This document shows positions 1 through 7,752 of a stretch of DNA of 64,000 nucleotides, one piece after another. Within the stretch, counting starts at the first letter, position 1. Each line of letters begins with the position of its first letter. The position numbers and the translations under genes are program-made. The notes under the pieces are model-generated. The model ran no database searches, had not been told where the DNA came from, and saw only the letters and a program-made list of their open reading frames with translations. This DNA comes from an uncultured bacterium (lineage in GTDB: Bacteria > Krumholzibacteriota > Krumholzibacteriia > Krumholzibacteriales > Krumholzibacteriaceae): positions 160,001 to 224,000 of the forward strand of contig CAWFAD010000008.1 in the NCBI GenBank assembly GCA_963813815.1, given 5' to 3'.

Positions 1-1
1 G

Positions 2-616
2 CACAGGATTCTCGGAGAGCTGGAGAGGCTCTATCCGAACCCCCGGCACTATCTCGATTTCGAGGGGCCGTTCCAGCTCCTCGTGGCGACCATTCTCTCG
101 GCGCAGTGCACCGACGAGAAGGTGAACGCCGTCACGCGCGATCTCTTCGCGAGGTACCCCTCGCCCCTCGATCTCGCCGGAGAGCGCCTCGAAACGATCG
201 AGGCCGCCGTGCGGCCGACCGGTTTCTATCGCAACAAGGCCAAGGCGATTCAGGGGGCCGCGCGCGCCGTCGTCGAGCGGTTCGGCGGGCGCGTGCCCGA
301 CACGATGGACGAGCTCCTCACGCTCCCCGGCATCGCCCGCAAGTCCGCGAACGCCATCCTGCAGCACGGGTTCGGAAAGGTCGTCGGGATCGTCGTCGAC
401 ACGCACGTGATCCGCGTGGCGGGACGCCTCGGCTGGACGCGGAACACCGATCCCGAAAAGATCGAGCGGGATCTCATGGAGCTGTTCGAGCAAGAGACGT
501 GGCGCGCGCTCCCATTCTATCTCAAGAGCCACGGCCGCGCCGTCTGCAAGGCCCCCGTTCCGCGGTGCGGGGCATGCGCCGTCGCCGCGCTCTGCCCGTC
601 GGCGCTCAGCGTTTGA
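2..616 (+). CDS. nth: Endonuclease III, 5'-truncated by the window edge
   Basis: The frame is open from base 2 (HRILGELERLYP...PFQLLVATILSAQCTD). It has the HhH motif LPGIARKSA, VDTHV, and a C-terminal Cx6Cx2Cx5C 4Fe-4S motif. Confidence 0.95.
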   Translation, partial: HRILGELERLYPNPRHYLDFEGPFQLLVATILSAQCTDEKVNAVTRDLFARYPSPLDLAGERLETIEAAVRPTGFYRNKAKAIQGAARAVVERFGGRVPDTMDELLTLPGIARKSANAILQHGFGKVVGIVVDTHVIRVAGRLGWTRNTDPEKIERDLMELFEQETWRALPFYLKSHGRAVCKAPVPRCGACAVAALCPSALSV

Positions 617-2159
617 TCCGAGCGGCCTTGGCCGCCTCCCAAGCGTCCAGCTTCTTCCGGAAAACCGCCGAAAGCGAATCGCCGGGGAACGCCTCGATGT
701 ATTTCGCGTACAGCTCGCCGGCGTTCTTGGTGAAACCGTCCTGCTCGTAGAGCTTTCCGAGATCCGCGTACACCCACGGCATCTCCCGGCGCACGCGGCC
801 GTCGTCGATGGTGACGAGCTTCTGGAGCGAGTTCCGCTCGCCGGTGAGGTCCCCGATCTCGCGGTACGCGCGGAAGAGTATCGTATAGAGGCCGAAATCG
901 TTCGGTCGAAACGGCGCGAGGCTCCGGAGATAGGTGATCGCGTCGAAGGGCCGCTTCGAGGCGAAGAAGAAGACGCCCTTCTGGTAGTCGAGCTCGGACC
1001 GGCCCACGATCTTCACGAGCTCGGGGGAGTCGAGGATCTCGATTCCCGTCGGGATGTTCCCGGCGGCGCCGAGCACGCGGGCGAGCTGGAAAAAGCCCCT
1101 CAGGTACTCGTGGTCGTGGCGGTACGCCTCGAGAAGCGCCTCGCGCGATTCGACTCCCTTTCCCTCGAATCCGAGGGCGACGGCGAGCGCGAAGTGAATG
1201 CCGGCGCTCTTTTCCTTTCCCTCCGCGAGTATCGAGCGGTAGAGCGCGGCGGCGGCGGCGTATCGCCCCGCCCTGATCGAATCCTCGGCCTGGATCATCG
1301 TGTCGTATATTCCCGCGGGGGGCGGCTCGAGGCTCTTCGGCTCGGCGAGCGTCTCGGCGATCACGCCGCCATAGTACCGCAGATCCATCGGCACCTCGTT
1401 CCCCTGCGTCGCGCAGTTCACGGTGACGAGCCGGGCGCGCACGCGGGCGGAGGCGAGAGAGCGGAGAAAGGCGAAGAGCGCTTGCGTTCCGGGACGGTAG
1501 CCCGGGGTCCCGGCCGCGAGCAACTGGAAGTAGTTGAGGTCGATGTCGACGATCGCCGTCTCGTTCCCGTCGAGCGACAGATCCTCGAGGCGGGTGATCG
1601 TGAGCGGAATGCCCGCGATCGAGCCCGTGACGCGCTTCCCATCCACCTTGAACTCGCCGACCGAGGCGGGTGGAAATTTTCTCCGCTCGATGAAGAATCG
1701 CCGGTACGTGTCGATCGGCTCCTCTCCCGTCGCGGTCGCGGACGGGATCACCCAGATGACCCGCCGGTACATGCCGGCGATATAGCCGACCGTGGCGACG
1801 GAGCCCCGCTCGATGAGGGGGGATATCGTTGAGAGCGCGTTCACGTCGCCCCGCTGGAGGCCCTTCGCCGCGTTCTCGACGCTGTCGAGATAGCTCTGGG
1901 GTATCAGACCGAGGTCGTCGCCGGAATCGATGTGCACGAGCACGTCGGCCCTCGCCTTCGCGTCGGTCCACACCCGCAGCGCGTCGACGTTGTTCTCGAC
2001 GGTGTACACGTTCTTCACCGGTTTCTCGCCGATCGTCGGGACGCCCCCGCACCCCGCGAGCCCCGCCGCGCCGATCGCCAGGACGGCCGCCGCCGCGGCC
2101 ACGCGGACGACCCGCGCCCCGCCGGACCGGGCGCCGTTTCGGGAAAGTGACAATTTCAT
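606..2159 (-). CDS. Putative lipoprotein with a UPF0489/arginase-like N-terminal domain and C-terminal TPR repeats
   Basis: ATG at 2159 follows a GAGGAG SD. It has a lipobox LAGC, the motifs VLVHIDSGDDL and IVDIDLNYF, and helical TPR-like repeats in the C-terminal half. Confidence 0.7.
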   Translation of the reverse strand: MKLSLSRNGARSGGARVVRVAAAAAVLAIGAAGLAGCGGVPTIGEKPVKNVYTVENNVDALRVWTDAKARADVLVHIDSGDDLGLIPQSYLDSVENAAKGLQRGDVNALSTISPLIERGSVATVGYIAGMYRRVIWVIPSATATGEEPIDTYRRFFIERRKFPPASVGEFKVDGKRVTGSIAGIPLTITRLEDLSLDGNETAIVDIDLNYFQLLAAGTPGYRPGTQALFAFLRSLASARVRARLVTVNCATQGNEVPMDLRYYGGVIAETLAEPKSLEPPPAGIYDTMIQAEDSIRAGRYAAAAALYRSILAEGKEKSAGIHFALAVALGFEGKGVESREALLEAYRHDHEYLRGFFQLARVLGAAGNIPTGIEILDSPELVKIVGRSELDYQKGVFFFASKRPFDAITYLRSLAPFRPNDFGLYTILFRAYREIGDLTGERNSLQKLVTIDDGRVRREMPWVYADLGKLYEQDGFTKNAGELYAKYIEAFPGDSLSAVFRKKLDAWEAAKAARIKR

Positions 2160-2203
2160 ATCTTCTCCTCGCTCTAACTGGTGTATCCGCAACTCAGTAT
2201 AGA

Positions 2204-2309
2204 AGTATAGGGGATGTGGGGCGTCCGTGTCAAATGCGGCCGCGCGCGGGCCGGACGCGCGGACGGTCCGCGAGCGTTCTTGACACGCGTCCGCCGCCGC
2301 CCGTACCCT
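2204..2309. promoter_or_regulatory. Back-to-back sigma70-type promoters for the TPR gene (minus) and apgM (plus)
   Basis: Minus strand: TTGACA (2233-2228), 18 nt, TATACT (2209-2204). Plus strand: TTGACA (2280-2285), 18 nt, TACCCT (2304-2309). Confidence 0.55.
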
Positions 2310-2382
2310 TGGCCCCGAGCGGCGCGAGCGCCGAACGCGGCGCGGATGACGGCGCGCGCATCATCTCAACAAGGAGAGCGTC

Positions 2383-3588
2383 ATGTTCCGCCACCTCATA
2401 CGGCGAACCGACTCGAAGATCGTGTTCCTCGTGCTGGACGGGCTCGGAGACATCCGGGCTCCCGGCTTTCCGAAGACCGCGCTCGACGCCGCGCGCAAGC
2501 CCAACCTCGACCGGCTCGCCCGAGAGGGGCTTTGCGGCCGAAGCCTCCCGATATCCGTCGGCGTCACCCCGGGAAGCGGCCCCGCGCACTTCGCGCTCTT
2601 CGGGTACGATCCGCTCGCCCCGGAGAACGACGTCGGCCGGGGCGTGCTCGAGGTGCTCGGCACGGGGTTCGCGCTCGGCCACGACGACGTCGCGATCCGC
2701 GGGAACTTCGCGACGGCGGACGCCGACGGCGTGCTCACGGACCGGCGCGCCGGCCGGATTCCCCACGAGGAATGCGTTCGCCTCTGCCGGATGCTTCAGG
2801 ACAGGATCGCGGAAATCGACGGCGTCGAAACGATCATCATGCCGGTGCGCGAGTACCGCTTCGGCGTGGTGCTCCGCGGCGCGGGCCTGTCCCCCGAGGT
2901 CGAGGAGACCGATCCGCAGCTCACGGGCCGAAAGCCGCTCCCCCCCTCGCCGCGCGTTCCCGGCGCGAAGCGCACGGCGGAGATCATCGAAAAGCTCGTC
3001 GCGCGCTGCAACGCGGCGCTCGCCGCCGAGCCGAAGGCGAACTCCGTGCTCATGCGCGGCATCTCGCGCATGCCGCGCGTCGAAACGTTCCAGGAGCGCA
3101 CCGGGCTCCGCCCGTGCGCCATCGCCGCGTACCCCCTCTACCGGGGCGTCGCGAAGCTCTGCGGCATGGACCTCGTCGACACGGGATTCTCCGTGGCGGA
3201 TGAGATCGAGGCCCTCCGCGGGGCGTGGGCGGGCGGGTACGACTTTTTCTTCGTGCACGTCAAGAAAACTGATTCGTTCGGAGAGGACGGCAATCTCGAG
3301 GGAAAAACGAAGATCATCGAGGAAGTCGACGCGCAGCTGCCGCACCTCCTCGATCTCGCCCCCGACGTGGTCGTCGTGACGGGGGACCACTCGACGCCGT
3401 GCGCCCTCAAGGCGCACTCGTGGCACCCGGTCCCGTTTCTCATTCACTCGAAATCCTGCGGAATGGACGACGCGCGGGCTTTTACCGAGAGCGAGTGCGA
3501 CCGCGGCGGTCTCGGGATCTTCCCCGCGCGGAACATCGTGGAGCTCGCGCTCGCGAACGCGGGGAAGCTCAAGAAGCACGGCGCTTGA
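2383..3588 (+). CDS. apgM: 2,3-bisphosphoglycerate-independent phosphoglycerate mutase, ApgM (archaeal-type) family
   Basis: Motifs VLDGLGD, TPGSGPAH, HVKKTD..GEDG, TGDHSTP and HSWHPVP. AAGGAG SD upstream. Confidence 0.92.
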   Translation: MFRHLIRRTDSKIVFLVLDGLGDIRAPGFPKTALDAARKPNLDRLAREGLCGRSLPISVGVTPGSGPAHFALFGYDPLAPENDVGRGVLEVLGTGFALGHDDVAIRGNFATADADGVLTDRRAGRIPHEECVRLCRMLQDRIAEIDGVETIIMPVREYRFGVVLRGAGLSPEVEETDPQLTGRKPLPPSPRVPGAKRTAEIIEKLVARCNAALAAEPKANSVLMRGISRMPRVETFQERTGLRPCAIAAYPLYRGVAKLCGMDLVDTGFSVADEIEALRGAWAGGYDFFFVHVKKTDSFGEDGNLEGKTKIIEEVDAQLPHLLDLAPDVVVVTGDHSTPCALKAHSWHPVPFLIHSKSCGMDDARAFTESECDRGGLGIFPARNIVELALANAGKLKKHGA

Positions 3589-3599
3589 GCGCGGCGGCG

Positions 3600-4991
3600 C
3601 TACTCCTTCACGCGGAAGGTCGCGGCGATCCGCTCGAGCTCGGCGATGTTCCGTTTCTCTTTCGCCGGATCGAGCGCGGCCTCGGTCGCGCACTGCACCA
3701 CGTAGAGCTTCCCGCCTCTCAGCATCATGGTCCATGACCAGCGGCCGCTGCCCGGCTCGCTCGTCACGTCTTTCCCCCTCCAGGTGCCGGACGCCCCTAT
3801 CGCCGGACCGCCCGGCGTCTCGAGGCGTCCCGTCCGCTCGATCTTCATGAGCCGGCCGCCCTGCTCGTCGTAGCGCGAGACCGCCTCGGCGATGTCCTGC
3901 ACGATGAGCTCGGCGTTCGAGGACGACTTCCACTGCGCCTCGATCTCGAGGTACCCCTCCCCCGATTGCGCCCCCCAGCGGATGTATCCCATCCGCGGAT
4001 TGCCGCCCCCGTCCAGTATGAGAAACTCGGCCGGGAAATCGAGCGTGAATCCGGGTTTCACGATCCTCGGAATCTCGCGCCGGTAGACGGCCTGCACGTT
4101 GAAGGGAATGATGTTCGGCTGCAGCCATCCCTCCGCCTCCGGCATCCTGAGCGTCCGCACGACCTCCTCGAGCGGGTAGCGCTTGCCGATGGCGTCGACG
4201 CAGATCTCGCGAAGAGACTCGATGTAGCGCCGCTCCCCGTCGATCGCGTCCTTGCCGCAGACGAGCCCCTGGCCCGGCACGAATAGGCGCGCCTTCATTC
4301 CCTCGAGCCGCCCGAGGGTCCGGAGCCAGTTGTCGAAATCGGCTCCCGGATCGCCGAGATTCGGATGGTAGCCGTTGCTGAGAAGGCCTCCGGTAAAGAC
4401 GACGCGGTCCTTCGGAACGGCGACCACGGCGTCCCCCGCCGTATGCCCCGGGCCGAAATGCCGCAGCTCGACCGTGACGCCGCCGAGATCGAGCGCCGCC
4501 TCGCCGGCGAAGAGGGTGTCGGGCGGCACGAAGCGGACGTCCGCGAGCGGAGCGAAGGCCTCTTCCCCGCGCCCGCGATAGATGTCGAGGTAGATCGGCG
4601 AATAGAGCTCGAAGGCGTCGCGCGTCTCCGCGGTCGCCACGACGGCCGCGCCCTGTTCCTTGAAAACGGAGTTGCCCCAGGTGTGATCCTGATGGTAGTG
4701 CGTGTTGACGACCCAGCGGATCGGGAGGTCCGTCACCGAACGAATCTCCTCGAGCAGCTCGCTCGCGAGGGCGGGCGTGTACCGGGCGTCGATGACGGCG
4801 ACGCAGTCCCTGCCGACGACGAAGCCGCTGTTCGCCCCGAGCCCCTCCTCCGAGGCCGGTCCGCTCGCGATCAGGGCCCACGTGTGCTTGCCCACGCGGA
4901 CGAGGCCGGTGTTCCCGATCTCCTCTCGCCCGCACCCCGCGCTCGAAGCGAGAACGGCGGCGAGCGCGAGCACGACGATCGAACGCTTCAT
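3600..4991 (-). CDS. Lipoprotein MBL-fold metallo-hydrolase (cyclase/glyoxalase II-like) with an extra C-terminal domain
   Basis: Lipobox SAGC. Motifs NTHYHQDH (HxHxDH), GHTAGD and VPGQG. About 150 extra C-terminal residues. Confidence 0.8.
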   Translation of the reverse strand: MKRSIVVLALAAVLASSAGCGREEIGNTGLVRVGKHTWALIASGPASEEGLGANSGFVVGRDCVAVIDARYTPALASELLEEIRSVTDLPIRWVVNTHYHQDHTWGNSVFKEQGAAVVATAETRDAFELYSPIYLDIYRGRGEEAFAPLADVRFVPPDTLFAGEAALDLGGVTVELRHFGPGHTAGDAVVAVPKDRVVFTGGLLSNGYHPNLGDPGADFDNWLRTLGRLEGMKARLFVPGQGLVCGKDAIDGERRYIESLREICVDAIGKRYPLEEVVRTLRMPEAEGWLQPNIIPFNVQAVYRREIPRIVKPGFTLDFPAEFLILDGGGNPRMGYIRWGAQSGEGYLEIEAQWKSSSNAELIVQDIAEAVSRYDEQGGRLMKIERTGRLETPGGPAIGASGTWRGKDVTSEPGSGRWSWTMMLRGGKLYVVQCATEAALDPAKEKRNIAELERIAATFRVKE

Positions 4992-5066
4992 GCGACGCTC
5001 CTTCTCATGCGAAGGGAATAGCCCCGGCGCCGGCGGCCGGCGCGCGAGCGCGAGCCGCGCGCCGCA

Positions 5067-6629
5067 TCAAGGGGCTTCGCCGGGGCGGGGCTGCCGCGCT
5101 CCGAAGAGCACGAGATCGCCCGCGCCGTAATAGACGCGTATCTCCGTTTGGAAGTCGCCGCAGCCTTCGAGCGACTTCATGTCCTTGACGGACGAGAGAA
5201 ACAGCTTCGACGGCTCCGCGCGCAGGGCCGCGGCGAGCGCCGCGGGCTCCTCGATCGGATCGTCGAAGGCGCGGTTGCCGTAAAAGAGCATCCGGGCGCC
5301 CTGCTCGCGGACCGGCTGCCTGAAGCTCCCGATCCGCGCGCCTTCGGGCGTGATGCGTCCCGCGACGAGCGCGATCTCCCGGATCGGATCGGCGCTCGCG
5401 CGCCTCAGGCTCACGAGCGTCGCAACGACGAACAGCATGAGGAGGCAGAAGAGCGCCGTCAGAACGCTGTTCACGACCCACACCCGCTTCATCGGGTGCC
5501 TCCCCCGCCGCAGCGCCCAGCGGGCGATCTCGCGCGAGGCGAGCAGGGCCGTGAACGGGGCGACGGCGAGAAACGCGCTGACCGGCTCGGCGCCCGAGAG
5601 CGCGAGCGGCACGAAGATCGCCGCGAGGAACACGAGGATCGCCGAATCGATCCCGCCCGCGAGCGAGGAGCGGCGCCGATCGCCCCGGAGGAAGAGAATC
5701 CGAGCGACGCCGATCGACGCCGGAATGGACCAGGGAATGGACCGCAGCCACACGTTCGCCGCCGATCCGAGAAAATCGGCTCCGGCGCCCGGGCCGGGCC
5801 GGACGAGCCCGGCGATCGGCGCCCAGAGCGGGCTCCCGAAGAACCCGCCGCTCCGCTGCGCCGCGGGGACGAGCCACAATCCGCCGAGCGCGACCCCCGC
5901 CGCCGTCGCGGCCAGAAACGAGGGCATGGTCCAGATCCGCCGCCTGCTCCGCTCGACGGCGCCCGCGGCGGCCGCGCCCGCGACCGGCAGGAGCCCCGCC
6001 GCCCCGACGCTCAGGATGCCGCCCGCGATCGCCGCGCCCCAGAGGATCGCGCCGCCGCGCCGCTCGGGAAGGTACAGCCAGCCCAGCATCGCGAGCGCCG
6101 CGAACATCGCGAAGGGAAGTCCGGTCGTGACGTGCGGGGCGAACCGGCCGAAGAGCGGGGTCGAGGCGAGAACGATCGCCGCCAGCACCCCGACGGCCGC
6201 CGGGAGCGTGCCCCAGCGCGTCGCGCGCGACGCCTCCCGCGCCTCGGCCGCGGCTCCCTCGTGCGAGGCGAAGTCGCGCGAGGCTTCACGCCCCGCGACG
6301 AGGAGCACCCACGCGACGGCTATGGAGAGGAGGACGAAACCGAGCCTGGCGGCGAAATCGCTCGCGCCGAGAAGGAGAAAAAAGAGCGACATGAGCCACG
6401 GAGCGAGGGGCGGCGTGTCGTAGGCGGGCGCTCCGTTGAACTGCATCGGCAGCGGCCTGCCCGTGACGACGATCTCCCGGGCGGTTTCGGCGAGCGCCGC
6501 CTCGTCGCCGGGGGGAAGCGCCCCGTCCCACGTGCCCCAGACGGTTATGACGAGGGCGGAAAAAAAGAAGAGGAGGACGAGTATGTGCCCTCGACCCTCC
6601 TCTCCTGCGAAAAACGGAAGCTCTGCCAC
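5067..6629 (-). CDS. GT-C (ArnT/PMT, GT39/GT83-like) membrane glycosyltransferase
   Basis: GTG start with a GGGAGG SD. DE motif (GDEAALAETARE), 'YDTPPLAPWL' and 'AARL' segments, many transmembrane stretches. Confidence 0.75.
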   Translation of the reverse strand: MAELPFFAGEEGRGHILVLLFFFSALVITVWGTWDGALPPGDEAALAETAREIVVTGRPLPMQFNGAPAYDTPPLAPWLMSLFFLLLGASDFAARLGFVLLSIAVAWVLLVAGREASRDFASHEGAAAEAREASRATRWGTLPAAVGVLAAIVLASTPLFGRFAPHVTTGLPFAMFAALAMLGWLYLPERRGGAILWGAAIAGGILSVGAAGLLPVAGAAAAGAVERSRRRIWTMPSFLAATAAGVALGGLWLVPAAQRSGGFFGSPLWAPIAGLVRPGPGAGADFLGSAANVWLRSIPWSIPASIGVARILFLRGDRRRSSLAGGIDSAILVFLAAIFVPLALSGAEPVSAFLAVAPFTALLASREIARWALRRGRHPMKRVWVVNSVLTALFCLLMLFVVATLVSLRRASADPIREIALVAGRITPEGARIGSFRQPVREQGARMLFYGNRAFDDPIEEPAALAAALRAEPSKLFLSSVKDMKSLEGCGDFQTEIRVYYGAGDLVLFGARQPRPGEAP

Positions 6630-6672
6630 GCCGCGCCTCCCTGCGTTCGGTACGGCGCGGAGTATACGGGAA

Positions 6673-6885
6673 TCAGCGCTCCCCTTCCAGAAATTGTTGC
6701 AGCTCGCGGATCGTCTTCGCCGCGTCCGCCCCGTACAGGGCGATGAGATTGCCCAGGGACCCCCAGGCAGGCGTCCCTCATCTCAGGCAGACGACGCCGC
6801 GGCTCATGAGGAACCCGATCGAAGCGGGATACGCCTCGACGAGCTCCTCGACCGTCATCTCGGCGGTGATTGCGGTCTTCTTCAT
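6673..6885 (-). CDS. DUF1858-like small redox protein with an in-frame UGA, probably selenocysteine (CxxU motif)
   Basis: Not in the ORF track. Translation: MKKTAITAEMTVEELVEAYPASIGFLMSRGVVCLR-[TGA 6780-6778]-GTPAWGSLGNLIALYGADAAKTIRELQQFLEGER*. GGGAGGGAG SD upstream. The DUF1858 pattern (IT..MTV.EL...YP....FL...G..C..C) continues across the TGA, and a SECIS-like hairpin follows. Confidence 0.85.
6751..6768 (-). promoter_or_regulatory. Candidate bacterial SECIS element
   Basis: mRNA GCCUGGG-GGUC-CCUGGGC forms a 7-bp stem (two G-U pairs) with a GGUC apical loop. There are 16 nt between the UGA and the loop. Confidence 0.7.
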
Positions 6886-6912
6886 GCTCGGCTCCCTCCC
6901 GTCGTGGCGGCG

Positions 6913-7245
6913 CTACTTCGCGAGCGCCTTGGTCAAGAACTCGTTCAGAAGATCCTTCGGAACGGCTCCGGACATCGAATTGACCTCCGCGCCGCCCTTG
7001 AACACCTTGAGCGTCGGAATGCTCATGATGCCGTACTGAATCGCGATGTTTTGGCTCTCGTCCGTGTTGAGCTTCGCGAATTTCACCTTCCCGGCGTATT
7101 CGCCGGCGAGCTCCTCGAAAACCGGCCCGAGAAACTTGCACGGTCCGCACCACGGCGCCCAGAAATCGACGATCACGGGGATATTCGATTCGAGCACTTC
7201 CGCCTTCCAGCTCGTTTCGTTCACATGAATTGCGTTCGCCCCCAT
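6913..7245 (-). CDS. trxA: Thioredoxin
   Basis: VDFWAPWCGPC and the SIPT cis-Pro motif. ATG at 7245 follows GAGGAGGAG. Confidence 0.96.
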   Translation of the reverse strand: MGANAIHVNETSWKAEVLESNIPVIVDFWAPWCGPCKFLGPVFEELAGEYAGKVKFAKLNTDESQNIAIQYGIMSIPTLKVFKGGAEVNSMSGAVPKDLLNEFLTKALAK

Positions 7246-7289
7246 TGCTCCTCCTCGCGCCGGTTTCGCCGGCCGTTCGATGATACGCC

Positions 7290-7643
7290 CTACCGCTTCC
7301 GCGCCCGCGGAACGCCCTCGCACCGATTGAGGCAATCGAGCATGCGGATGACGTTTCGCTCGGCGAGGCGGTAATAAATGTGAGAATCCTTCCGCTGGCT
7401 CCGCACGATGTTGCTCAGCCGCAGAATCTTGAGCTGCTGCGACACGAGCGACTGCTTGAGCCCGGAGAGGCCGCAGAGGTCCGTCACGGTCCTCTCCCCG
7501 CGGGTGAGGATGTTCACGAGACGCAGCCGCGCCGGGCTCGCGAGAGCCTTCAGCACGTCGGCGAATCGCTCGATCTCCCCCGCCGCCAGGGGCTCGCGCG
7601 TCTGCCGCGCAACCGCTCGTTCCAGCAATCCCTCTTCCATCAT
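7290..7643 (-). CDS. ArsR/SmtB-family transcriptional repressor
   Basis: LKALASPARLRLV...SLVSQQLKILR...IYYRL winged helix. Cys residues in DLCG and the C-terminal DCLNRC. Confidence 0.92.
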   Translation of the reverse strand: MMEEGLLERAVARQTREPLAAGEIERFADVLKALASPARLRLVNILTRGERTVTDLCGLSGLKQSLVSQQLKILRLSNIVRSQRKDSHIYYRLAERNVIRMLDCLNRCEGVPRARKR

Positions 7644-7677
7644 GATATTAATATATCATAATATCACAATGGGTCAA
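7643..7677 (-). promoter_or_regulatory. arsR promoter with an overlapping inverted-repeat operator
   Basis: TTGACC (7677-7672), 16 nt, then TATATT (7655-7650) with an extended-10 TG, then 6 nt to the ATG. A perfect inverted repeat TGATATTA (7643-7650) N8 TAATATCA (7659-7666) forms an AT-rich patch in GC-rich DNA. Confidence 0.75.
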
Positions 7678-7752
7678 GAAAAATTCCCGCGCCGGTCCGG
7701 GGATCCCCTTTTCCCCCTTGCCTTGCGGTTGGCAAACTGCAACCATGGCAAC

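Noticed and set aside
6545..7153. The 202-aa minus-strand ORF and the 312-aa plus-strand ORF covering the trxA-ArnT gap
   Set aside because: Neither has recognisable motifs, and both overlap trxA out of frame. The gap is better explained by the TGA-containing DUF1858-like gene, which has its own SD.
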